From contig OX597817.1 in the NCBI GenBank assembly GCA_951406725.2, forward strand, positions 2,852,001 through 2,916,000: a DNA stretch of 64,000 bases. Direction: 5' to 3'. Source of the stretch: Octopus vulgaris (taxonomy: Eukaryota). Made by a program: the position numbers and the translations under genes. Under the pieces are notes generated by a model that saw only the letters and a program-made list of their open reading frames with translations, had not been told where the DNA came from and did not search any database. Shown here piece by piece: positions 12,812 through 24,211 of this stretch. Position 1 is the stretch's first letter. Each line of letters opens with the position of its first letter.

Positions 12812-12849
12812 AAGAGAGAGAGAGGGAGAGAAAGAGAGAGGGAGAGAGA

Positions 12850-13109
12850 TACCCACCAGAGTAAACAAGAGAGACAGAAACAGGCAGTAGCAAGGAAAAT
12901 GCCACTTGTATTTGAAAACTATGCAAATATTCTTTTAGAAAACATTTCTCTTAATTTTTCCAAAATTCAGTTGTTTTCCATACTTGCTGTTGAAAAAGTC
13001 TCAATGACTGAAACCGGTACTGAAATGTTTTTTTATAAAATTATTTTAGCATTTTCTACCTTGACATTTTTTCCATATATATCAACTCGTGTGTTCCTTT
13101 TCAACCTTC

Positions 13110-13110
<1 letters not shown>
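12850..13110 (+). mobile_element. Solo 3' end (pseudo-LTR) of a Penelope-like element related to the 24209-27130 element
   Basis: 12926-13070 aligns to 26979-27120 (AATATTCTTTTA...GAAACCGGTACTGAAATGTT...TATAAAATTATTTTAGCATTTTCTA). Sits between (GA)n and (TA)n. Confidence 0.8.
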
Positions 13111-13154
<44 letters not shown>

Positions 13155-13160
13155 GTTTAT

Positions 13161-13360
13161 TCTTTTACTTGTTTCAGTCATTTTGACTGTGGCCATGGTG
13201 GAGCACCGCCTTTTAGTTGAAGAAAGCGACCCTAGACTTATTCTTTGCAAGCCTTGTACTTATTCTATCGTTTCTTTTTGCCGAACCGCTAAGTTACACG
13301 GACGTAAATACACCGGTTGTCAGGCGATGGCGGGGGCGACAAACAGACACAAACACTCAA
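13161..13360 (-). mobile_element. Family B SINE, 3' half
   Basis: TCTTTTACTTGTTTCAGTCATTTTGACTGTGGCCATGGTGGAGCACCGCC matches the reverse complement of the family B tail. Confidence 0.85.
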
Positions 13361-13369
13361 ATATATGCA

Positions 13370-13410
<41 letters not shown>

Positions 13411-15046
13411 TTGCTATTACTTTCTCTCACTTTCTCTCAGTCAGGGCTATTACTCTCACTACTCTCCTTCACTAAATTACTATTTTCTCTCCTCTCCTTT
13501 CACTTATACTACTCTTCATCCTACTCTTTCTGCTTGGTTTTGGACAAATATATATATATTTATATATTTGTATGTACACATACCAACATTCATACATACG
13601 TACATACGTACATACATACATACATACATACATACATACATACATACATACGTACATACATACATACATACATACATACATACATACATCTCATACATAC
13701 AGAGACCAAGAAGTAAAAGAAGGTGAGTAGATGGAAATGAGAGAGGAGAAGGAGAGAAAGAGTGATAGAGAAAGAATTGTGTGATTGCAAAACAGCGTCA
13801 GTTTTTCTAAAGTCTTCTTTTGTTCAGGATTTCTCATATTTCTGTGCCAGTCTTTATTAGATTTATTAGAAACATTTAATTTACGCGGTCCTATCTATGC
13901 AGCCCTTTCTGATTCCAGATTCTGTAAGGAACACTTTTTGCGACTGGTGATATTACTGTTTTATTTAAGGCAAAATTCATTGAAACATAGATTTTGCGTG
14001 TTTTCACAAGAACTTGCTGTCAGAAAATTGATTTCATCTTCGAGAATGATGTTAACAGCTGTTGTTCAAACTCAGATCAAGCTTGATTGAAGAAATTTAC
14101 GAACAAACGGAGTCCTGCCGTGACCATCTCATTTTCCAGATATTGTGCATTGATGTTAATATCAACTGATGTGTCATCCTATTCTTAAGCTGCCTTGGAA
14201 TAATTGGAATACTTACTTCTAGCACAGGAACAGGGTTTCAATTTTCGGGAGTAAATGATAGCCAATAGTGTCGGTGTCACTATTTGATTGGTATTATATA
14301 TTGTCGATCCCAGAGGGACAAAATGCAATATTGATCTCAGCAGGACATGAAATCAAAACCTAAAATGCTGAAACAAATACTGCAAGGTATTTTTTCGATA
14401 TTCTATCGATTTTGCTCATCCATTTCTTTATTGCTCGGGGATGATACAAAGGAAATTTATCTAGTATTTCAAGATGGTCAAGTAACCACGGAGACTCTCA
14501 CTTCTTTCGTGATTTACTACATGTTCCCTGTATTACTTCGGCATTATATTTGCATTACGTTTGCATCAGCTTTGATTAACACGGCGTCCCAAATATTCTG
14601 ATCTTTTCGAAATTTCATACAAAATACTTGTCCTCTACTAATGCTTTTCCACTAAGTTGTCTTTTGTGCTGTACAATATAATGGGTTACATTGACTCGTT
14701 GTAGAAACATAGAGAACCAGTGGGGAAATGCGGTATCTGTATGGCCGATATAACAGTTCAAACCCATTATATTTACAACTTTCAAATTTGATATTATAAA
14801 TTTGAAAATTAATTTTTTTTCTTCGTTTACCGATCTGAGAACGATGTAAAACAAAGGGTACTTTAGTGGGGATTCGAATTCACAATATAAATACCCACAA
14901 CAAATATTGCAGCATTTATTCTGATTCTGCTAAACCACGACTCTAATTTGTAAATTAAATTCGCAGAAGATTATTTGGTTTGGTGCATGTTAATTTTGCA
15001 TGTTTTATGAAATAACATTAATGCAAGATAATATTGTAATATAATT

Positions 15047-15293
15047 AAGGCGGCGAATGGCAGAAACGTTAGCACGCCGGGCGAAATGCGTAGCCGTATT
15101 TCGTCTGCCGTTACGTTCTGAGTTCACATTCCATCGAGGTCGACTTTACCTGTCATCCTTTCAGGGTCGATAAATAAAGTAGCAGTTACGCACTGGGGAC
15201 GATATAATTGACTTAATCCGTTTGTCTGTCCTTGTTTGTCCTCTCTGTGTTTAGCCCCTTGTGGGTAGTAAAGAAATAGGTATTTCGTCTGTC
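15047..15293 (+). mobile_element. Family A SINE with tail type 1, followed by a short re-start of the body
   Basis: Full head and body, tail ...TTTAGCCCCTTGTGGGTAGTAAAGAAATA, then GGTATTTCGTCTGTC. Confidence 0.9.
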
Positions 15294-16244
15294 TGTTATT
15301 GAAAATTTATTGTTGGAGTCTGTTCGTAAAGTAAGTTTCTCTTGATCGTTGTATCGTTATATCTCTTGTTGTGCCTATTGTTGGACTTATTGTTTAAAAA
15401 TTGCATTATAGTTTTCTTTCGAAAGCTATCTATAGTTTTCCCCTGTGAGTGAAAACATTAATTGCCGGCAAGATGCCGAAAAAGTGTGTTTTAGTCGTGT
15501 GAAGATTCATCGACCGAGCGGTATACGAGGAAGATTGAAAGTTTAATTTTTGATGAAGTTTCTGATGTTCCGGAAAGTGAATTCCCTGCATTACCAAAAA
15601 GTTACGGATACGAAAAGAAATATACGGATACCAAAGTTACGGAAAAGTTACGGATACCAAAAGAACCCTAAAACAATGGGGTGGCCTAATACTTTTGGCC
15701 AAGGCTATAACACTCTTCTCTGTACGTATTTACAATGAATAAACTATTGCTGTATCGATCTATGATTTGAACTACTTCATTATGGTTATATCTGTTATTG
15801 AATACCTATTGTTTCTCTGTCGTCACCGTCTCTGTTATATCATTAATTACTTTTTGCAAATTTTCGTACTAAGGAGTGTATAATTGATATTTCACACTTA
15901 TGTAGATATTGAGTTTATTAAGACACCTATAGATAATTATTGATGAATTTATTGATTTCATAGTACGAAGAGACACTTGAATTCTTATCGATATTAATCT
16001 GAAGATTATAGTTATTTACAGACAATTTTATTTCTTTATCTATATTTTCTTATTTGAATAAAAGAGTAAGTATGTCATCCGTGTATCTGGTAGGAATTAT
16101 TTGTCAGTAATTTAATTTCGTTTGATTTTTCAAGGTGTCTATGCAGAACATGCAAATTCAGATCCAAGCTGTGAACTTGTCGCCACTGTGATATTGATGA
16201 AAAAAAAAAAGCAGAAAGAGATAAACACCGTTCTGTGTCATACC

Positions 16245-16442
16245 GCCGGTTTTCTGGATTCTGTGGTGTATACATCTCCCTCTTGGCGGCACGTCAGTCC
16301 GTCATTTTTCCAGCTGAGTGGAGTAACGTGAAATGAAGTGTTTTGCTCAAAAACACAACGCATCACCGGATCCAGGAATTGAAATCACAATCTTACGATC
16401 ATGAGTATAATAATCTAACCACCAAACCACGCATCTCCACAT
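16245..16442 (-). mobile_element. Family C-related tRNA SINE
   Basis: Minus strand reads GCGTGGTTTGGTGGTTAG...CTCATGATCGTAAGATTGTGATTTCAATTCC...TTGAGCAAAACACTT, homologous to the 6417 head. Confidence 0.75.
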
Positions 16443-16899
16443 GTGATACTGAGGATATCAAATATACATGCATATAATCACATAAATTATATAATACAAA
16501 ATGTGGACAAATGTACATGTTTGCATTATGAATATTATATGTAGGACGGTGGATTGAGAGAATCGTGGGTTCTGGTAAAAATGCTTCTTCTGGCGCGTTA
16601 CATCCAGACTTCAAATCCCGCTGGTATCAACTCTTCCTCTCATTCGTTCGGTGTCGATAAAAGAAATTACCATAATCAAATATGAGAGAAATTATAATAT
16701 CTGTTACATAATTGGCAGAGTCTTTCAATGTCTCTATATGTCCGTTCTCTGATGTTAGAAAATTCTGTTCTTGCAGGATTTATCTCCCTTGATTACTGTA
16801 TACTTCAGTGTTACCTAGCATAGGACGATTAACGTTGGATACGTACATTCGTTAGTGTTGATAATATCAAGTAATATTACATTCGTAGTTGATTGATAG

Positions 16900-18470
16900 C
16901 GAAACAGCATCCTTGTTATTGATAACACATATTTATTGAAAATTTGCTTGAATTTATTTTGAAAGGGCCGAGAGTTCAGATATCGGAGACGCCTGGAAAC
17001 AGTGCGCACATGATGTCGAAAACGTTTCCACAGTTCTTTTCTAAACTTTCAAATGCATACTTATCAACTTAGCAGGCAAGATTTGAACATTTATTTTCAT
17101 GAACTTATGAAATGAACTTTAAGTTTTTGAAATTAGTAAATCTTGATTTTGCGTTCTTCCGTATGTCATCCAAAATTACACCAAATATTCCCATTTTTTT
17201 CTTCTTTAATTGAACCTTTCGTATGAGATTTTGATTTAGTTAAGTTATTTTCTTTTCAAAGTTTACATACAAATCTGCGAAACTTTTGTCTAGATTCTCA
17301 AGTAAATTTATTATTCCATTAATTGTCTTAATGAAGTATGAAATTTTGATTTGTAGGACATCAAAAAGTGTGTCAGTTTTAATGAAAATCATTATAAATC
17401 ATCAGAGAAAAGTATGTTGAGTCTTTTGTTAGCTTCTCATAAAACCCCCATTGCTTCTCACTAAAGTATCTGGATCGCACTATATGGGATTATTGCTCAT
17501 ACTGCTGAAGAGTTTTCAAAGGTCACTATAGTATTGTAAAATAGTCTGGATTAGTTTTGAATTCGAAGTCCATTTCGTTGGCGCTGCCTTTGAAATGCGT
17601 TTTCTCACTATCTCACTATCAAGATGTTGCGTTCGTTTCGTCGAGAGATGGAAAAATGAGGCAAGTGTCTCACTGGTCTCCAAAAAGCTTGTACGTCTAG
17701 GTATGCATTTTGCTGGCAGAAATAGAACAAGATTTAATTAATGAGTATAGTAGTGAGTAAATACAGCTACTGTTGCCTTTTCTCACACTTTAACTTGAAC
17801 ACCATTTAAATTGGATGCCATCACTATTACCCCATCGTACGTCTGTGCTACAAGTTTCTCGCAACAGTCGAATCAATCTTAATTATTAAATATACACTGT
17901 TACACCTCCAACAGTTCTGTCCTTAAGAATGTCAAATCCTATATAGACTTCTTTGTTATGAGTGTCCAACACGCACCTCAATACTGTAGAACACTGAGCT
18001 GTATAGGAAATATTTGTTGTTTCATCCAATTCTATGGCAATGAACGAGGCTTATGCAACTTCTTTAATATTATTTTCTACGATCGTACCTACAGTTTCTA
18101 TCAAGTTATTTTTATCTTATTAGAAAAAAAAGCTGAAAAAATGACGATGAATTCTGTAAATGTTGTGCCAATTTGTCATCAAATTTTGCAGTATAGTTCA
18201 GTAACTCAACATAGTTTCCGCGATTTAACGATTATTTCTGTTCATTATCTCCGCGAAAAGCAAGTTCCTGTTTAATTAAGAAACAAGTAGCATAAATCAA
18301 TCTTTTTGATATAGCTCTGTTCTCTTTAACCTTTTTATTGTGAACTTCAATGCCGACAGACATCTGTTTATCTAAGAGCAAGTCGATTTGTGTAGAGCCA
18401 AATATTTTCAATGATATTTGGCTTTCATAATGTGCTGCTGCTGGTTTGTTCGTGTTTACTTAAAGCATTG
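16900..18470 (-). pseudogene. Decayed hAT transposase (DUF4371/ZMYM1-like group)
   Basis: Manual minus-strand translation gives ordered hAT motifs with stops and frameshifts: ELAFRGDNE..SLNRGNYVELL (~18260-18195), LDETTNIS (~18030), KLVAQTYDGVIVMASNLNGVQ (~17860-17800), FTHYYTH*LNLVL, SFFHLSTKRTQHLD..RKRISKAAPTKW (~17660-17570). No TIRs recognised. Confidence 0.85.
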
Positions 18471-18494
18471 AGCAAATCATTTAAATCACACACG

Positions 18495-18690
18495 CGTGTG
18501 TCTCCCTGCCATCGCTTGACAACTGATGTTGATGTGTTTCCGTCCCCGAAACTTAACAGTTTGGCAAAAGAGACGGATAGAATAAGTACTAGACTTACAA
18601 AGAATAAGTCCTCGGGTCGATTTGTTCGACTAAAGGCTGTGCTCCAGTATGACCGGAGTCAAATGACTGAAACAAGTAAAAGATTAAAAA
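18495..18690 (+). mobile_element. Family B SINE, 3' half
   Basis: CATCGCTTGACAAC...GATAGAATAAGTACTAG.CTTACAAAGAATAAGTCCT...AAATGACTGAAACAAGTAAAAGA. Confidence 0.85.
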
Positions 18691-18757
18691 AATATATTAA
18701 TTCAATTATTTTTTCATTAAGTTCTGCAACATCATAGATTAACTACGAGCTAATTTA

Positions 18758-20395
18758 CATTGGTCAGCAAAAAACATTATGAAATGGTGTCGAGACACTA
18801 AACCTCTCTTTTAGCTAATTTGAGGGCGCTGAATCTGAAAATGACCTTACTTTTTCTTGCTTAGCTACCGTTTTTGCTGTCCAGAAATGCTTCATTTGAT
18901 ATTGTATATTTGATATTGACCGATAGCAATATTTCTCAAAATAAAATCATAGAAACTTCTCAATTCGGATTTAAACCAACAAATATTGGTCTGCTCATTG
19001 AGGAATACTATTTTTGCAATAACAACCAGACCCTAAGTCTTTAAAAATAACACGATTGAATATACCAAGACCAACAAGTATTTTCATTAAATCATTAGAT
19101 AAACTAACAGCAGAAATAAAACCTTCGTGAACATAAGACCTATGGTAAAATTTTCCTCTTTCTTGATTGTCAGTCATGTTCGATATTATCTAAGTCCCTT
19201 TTGATACCCCAGCAGTAGTCAACCATCATTCGTTTGTCCCACCATCCCTGGTAGCGCTCTTCCATTGTTTTGATAAACTGATGGAATCGTTCTCGTTGCT
19301 CATCACTCATATCGTCGCAATTATATGGAAATTTACCTAGATAGCTATGTAAAAAATTAACCTTAATGCTCATAGTAGCGCCTATGTTCTGTAAACTTTT
19401 CAACAGCTTTTCCACAAACTCATTGTAGTTTTCGACCCAGCGATTGCCTAAGAAGTTTTTCACCATGTCAACAAACGATGTCAAAGCGGGTAATTCCACG
19501 TCATTCATTGAATTAACAAATTCATCATCCTTAATGAGTTTCCTGATATCAGGACCGTCAAACACTCCTGCTTTGAGTTTTTTGGTGCTAAGTCCTGGAA
19601 ACGATTTACATATATACTCAAAACGTTTACTTTCTTTGTCGAGTAATTTTACAAAATATTTCATTAATCCCAATTTGTTATGCAAAGGAGGGAAGATGAT
19701 TTTCTCTCTCGGAACTAGCGCTACACTAATAATGGTCTTTCCTCTAACCTTCAACTCTCGGGATGGCCAATCTATCCTTTTCCAGTGCTCCTCTCAAGCA
19801 GGAAATTTACCATTTTCAAATCGACCACCCATTTATGTTTGGTGTAGTCAATCTGTTCCATAACCTGTTTGATGGCATCATTTATTTTTTTCAATGTTGT
19901 TGAATGACCTATCGGTATTGGTGCATACATGTTGGTATTATGGATTAAACACATTTCAAACTACGCTTTGAACTATCGATGAACAATTTCCATTCATCAG
20001 GATCGTATTTGTGGGCACTTATTTGTGTTTACTAAAGTATATTACTAATAAAGTTTATCAGTTAATTTGAATTTTGGCAATAAATTGGAAAATTCGGTAC
20101 TTCTATTTTAAAAGGTTTGACTCAAAAATACTTTTTTCTTATGAAAATAGTTCATTTCAGGTGGCTGACATAAATTGCTCAGCCTACCTAAAAATTCATG
20201 GGTTTCTATTACATTTTTAAGCTAAATTTTGCGATCAGTCAATATCGTAAATTGATCTTTTTACCAAAAATGAGCTATTTCAGTACACGGTAGCTAACAA
20301 TGAAAAACTAAGATCATTTTCGGAATCAGCACCATCACATTAGCTAAAAGAAAACGTATTTGACCAGTGTTATGATATTATATTGTTGACCAGTG
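18758..20395 (-). mobile_element. Chapaev3-like (CMC) DNA transposon, internally deleted
   Basis: Imperfect TIRs of ~120 bp (CATTGGTCAGCAA.../...TTGTTGACCAGTG; 18810-18880 mirrors 20281-20350). TTA on both flanks (18755-18757, 20396-20398). CA(C/T)..GTG ends with a 3-bp TWA TSD fit Chapaev3. Confidence 0.8.
19170..20010 (-). pseudogene. Chapaev-type DDE transposase, C-terminal half, frameshifted
   Basis: Motifs WKLFIDSSKRSLK, PIPIGHS, PPLHNKLGLMKYFVK, GVFDGPDIRKL, MSIKVNFLHS, SDEQRERFHQ, RYQGWW..M..DYCW across ORFs 19772..19954 and 19170..19754. Confidence 0.85.
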
Positions 20396-20689
20396 TTATG
20401 ATATTATATTGTAATGACTAATATAAGCGTTGTCAATGATACATAATATGGTACAAATTGATAAATACACCCCTACCAAAATATATGGCACCCCTCCTCC
20501 ACTTTATTGATTAGAGACCAGTATTGATTTTGCATCCATATCCTTTTCGTCATGATGACGAACAAGTTTAAGAAGTCGTGAGCCACATTAATTTCAGTAA
20601 ACATGGCGATCTGTCTGTTATCACAACTCTCCTGCCAGTGTGTCTGGCCGTACATATTAGAAATACAGTTACTATCAGCGATCATTGTA

Positions 20690-20875
<186 letters not shown>

Positions 20876-21024
20876 TTGTAAGAGACAGAACCACCTTCAA
20901 GCAACTCAATCAACATTGAGCGACATTATCTATGATAGAGATATATAAGATAAAATTTTATCAAAATTAATATCTACTATTACTATTCTGAATCATATAT
21001 TAAATTGTTTCATATTGTTCCATT

Positions 21025-21230
21025 ACACTCAGCTGGCAAAAATGAGTTGTATTTGAATTCAGGGCGCCAGCTTCGTCACATTCTGTGTCACGCTGAATCT
21101 TTCTGAGAATTGCGTTAAGGGCATACGTGTTCGTGGAATACTTAGCCACTTGCACGTTAATTTCACGAGCAGGATGTTTCGTTGATCGGATCAATTGGGA
21201 CAATCGTTGTCGTGGCCGATGGAATACCAG
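21025..21230 (+). mobile_element. Family C SINE, 5'-truncated
   Basis: Aligns to 6533-6735 (CACTCAGCT..CAAAAATGA...GTCACGCTGAATCT...CCACTTGCAC.TTAATTTCACGAGCAGG). Confidence 0.85.
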
Positions 21231-21310
21231 TTTATAATAATGTAACGTTATTGTATGCTAAACACAATATTTCGAATTAGTACCTACATAATCATAAGAC
21301 TTAACATATA

Positions 21311-22568
21311 CAGGGTTTGACAAAATAATGGAAACACCTAGTATCATAGCATCATAATTTTGAAATTTCTATAACACCGACAAAAGTTTGTTTATTTTTA
21401 TGTTGTCTTTTTTTAATTTATTATTAGTATTGCTTAATATATTTTGCTAAAATTGCTGTTTCTTTTCAGATATCATCAGAAAAGGTAATTAAAATTCATT
21501 AAAATAATAGATCTATCGAACTTTCGAAGAGGTCAAATTATTGGTGCTCGTATGGCAGGCTCTAGCGTAGCGAAAACAGCTGAAATGTTTGGGGGTATCA
21601 CGAAGTAATGACTGCCTTTGAGAAAGAGGGGAAAACCCCCTCATCAAAGCAAAACTCCGGAAGAAAACCAAAACTTTCAGATAAGGACTGTCGGACCCTT
21701 ACGCGAATTGTTAGAAAGGATCGCAAAAGTACAACTCCCAAAATTACTGCAGAGCTTAATGACCACCTCGAGAACCTAGTTTCCACAAAAACTGTTCACC
21801 GGTAGCTGCACAAAACCGGATTTCACAGGAGGGCTGCAATCAGAAAACCACTACTTTCAAAAACAAACGTTGCAAAGCGTTTTGAGTGGAGTAAAAGCCT
21901 ACAGAATTGGTCCCTAGAGCAGTTGAAAAATGTTATTTTCTCGGATGAGTCATCCTTTACTTTATTTCCGATCACCAGCCGAGTATACGTGTGGAGATAG
22001 CCAAAAGAAGCATTTGACCCAGACTGCTTTCTTCCAACTGTTAAACGTGGAGGAGGATATGTGATGTTCTGGTGGGGGGGGCTATATCTTGGAAATCCGC
22101 CGACCCAATGGTTTCCCTTCATGGCAGAATTAATAGTCAAGACTATTTAAGCATTTACTCTGATCAAATTCATTCTATGGTTGTGGAACTGTTTCCTGAA
22201 GGAAACACAATCTTTCAGGATGATAATGCACCAATTCACACAGCTGAAGTTGTTACTGAATGGCACAAAGAACATTCTAGTGAAGTTGAACAGCTTATCT
22301 GGCCACCACAGTCCCTAGATCTTAATATTATTGAATATTTATGGTGCATTTTAGAAAAACAAGTAAGGAGTCGATAGCCTCCACCATCACCACTATACTA
22401 GACTGTTTTAGCTGAAGAATGGACAAAAATTTCTTTGGAAACAATTCAAACTTTGTACAAGTCTATACCTCGTAGAATTCAAATTGTAATTACTGTCAAA
22501 GGCGGTCCTGTGTATGTATGTGTGTGTACGTTCATGCATAATGTTTCCACTATTTTGTCTAACCCCTG
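21311..22568 (+). mobile_element. Full-length Tc1-family DNA transposon (1258 bp)
   Basis: ~27-bp TIRs (CAGGGTTTGACAAAATAATGGAAACA / TGTTTCCACTATTTTGTCTAACCCCTG). TA at the left flank, TG at the right. Internal transposase relic. Confidence 0.92.
21510..22510 (+). pseudogene. Tc1 transposase pseudogene, DD36E catalytic spacing
   Basis: HTH region DLSNFRRGQIIGAR, GRKPKLS, VIFSDES, FQDDNAPIH, WPPQSLDLNIIE. Several stops and frameshifts (ORFs 21608.., 22072.., 22435..). Confidence 0.9.
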
Positions 22569-24170
22569 TGTAAACTCCCACACTTTCCGATGTAAGAGTA
22601 CTCTACGCATATATCTTTATTCTATGAGTGTACAGGATATGAACATCCCCTTGCATTCTCGTGTGCTGACGTGGAATGTGATCATCAGAAAGACGTACCC
22701 ATGAGTAAGGACTTCCCAAAAGTATCAACAGGTTTTTGCTGGGCCCCGATTAGTTGAAGCAGATTAGAACACAATCTCTCATTCTGCCAAACGGAGATAG
22801 ATTTGAGCTCAGAGCACTGATGATGACACAATGCCGCAAGTCAATTGTATCCAAGGTTCCAATGATTGTGCTGTTACGACACATTTACATACGCACACAC
22901 ACACGCGTATTCATATACACACATACACATACATACACAGATACATACATACAGGCAGAGAGCTGACATTTGCGATAATTCAAAGCAATCAACTATCATT
23001 TTGTTTTTCTGCAACATATCGAATGTTTATAAATATATCGATTTTGTGTATAGTAAAGGATACATTACTATATTGACTACAGAATGGAGGTCAATGACAG
23101 AAACAGTACATCATACGACAAAATAATTTGTAATATTTGATTACATGTCCTTAAGTTCGAAGTTCAGATCCCGCCCAGGTCGAATTCACTTTTCATCTAT
23201 CTGCGGTTGGTAAAATAATTATATTTCTAATATTGGGAGCCGATATAATCGAATGTACACGTGAAAGTGGTGTCCCAGGGGTCCAAAGTTCAATGCCTGC
23301 AACCAGTAACAGAATATCGTTTTATCATCTGTACTTTTGTTTCATTTTATAATTATTTAACGCTCACATACCAATGGTTCCTCCGTCGATGTCGACTATG
23401 CTCGATTCAATAGTTCGATCATTTGAGCTACTCTCTCATTCTATTAGTATAATAGTGGCTTTATATTCGCCGGGTGATGGTACCCTTATGAAGAATTCTG
23501 AGGCAAAATCAATGTGAAAAAGCTGACGTTTTCTGTTAACGGTTTCGAGGCTTAAGATAAACATTCCGCTAAAACATGCATCGAGAACACACCTCTCTCA
23601 TTTGTTCGACACAATCCGACATTTTGTGTGTGTGTGTGTGTGTACGTTCATGCATACACATACATATACACGCTGAACAACAAAAATAAACTTTTAAAAA
23701 ATAGGTATCGATTTTGACTTGGTTATATGGAAAAGCGTAAGAATTCTTTATGTATTTCTGAGTGTTGATCAAAGACCTGTGCTTCAATACAAGAATGAAG
23801 ATTTCAGAGAGATAGTCAACGGTTTCGTACGCTCGTATTTGTATTGAGTGAGTTTCATTTTGTCATCATAGCAATTTATTTCGAAACTTTGCTCGTCAAT
23901 CTGATGACTAGAGGAATTTCAGTTCGAGGGGGTCTGTAATACATAGATTATGGTTTTGAAAGGCTTGAACTGTTCAAACACGAAAATAGGCGATACATAC
24001 AGAATGAAACATATACAAACATGCACAGCATATACATATACATATATATATGTATATATATAAAAAGGACTGAAACCTCTGGAGCTGGTACCTCACAACA
24101 GTCACGGCTATTGTATATATATATACACACACACATATATAGATACACGCCTACCTACTTACTTATGCAC

Positions 24171-24209
<39 letters not shown>

Positions 24210-24211
24210 AA

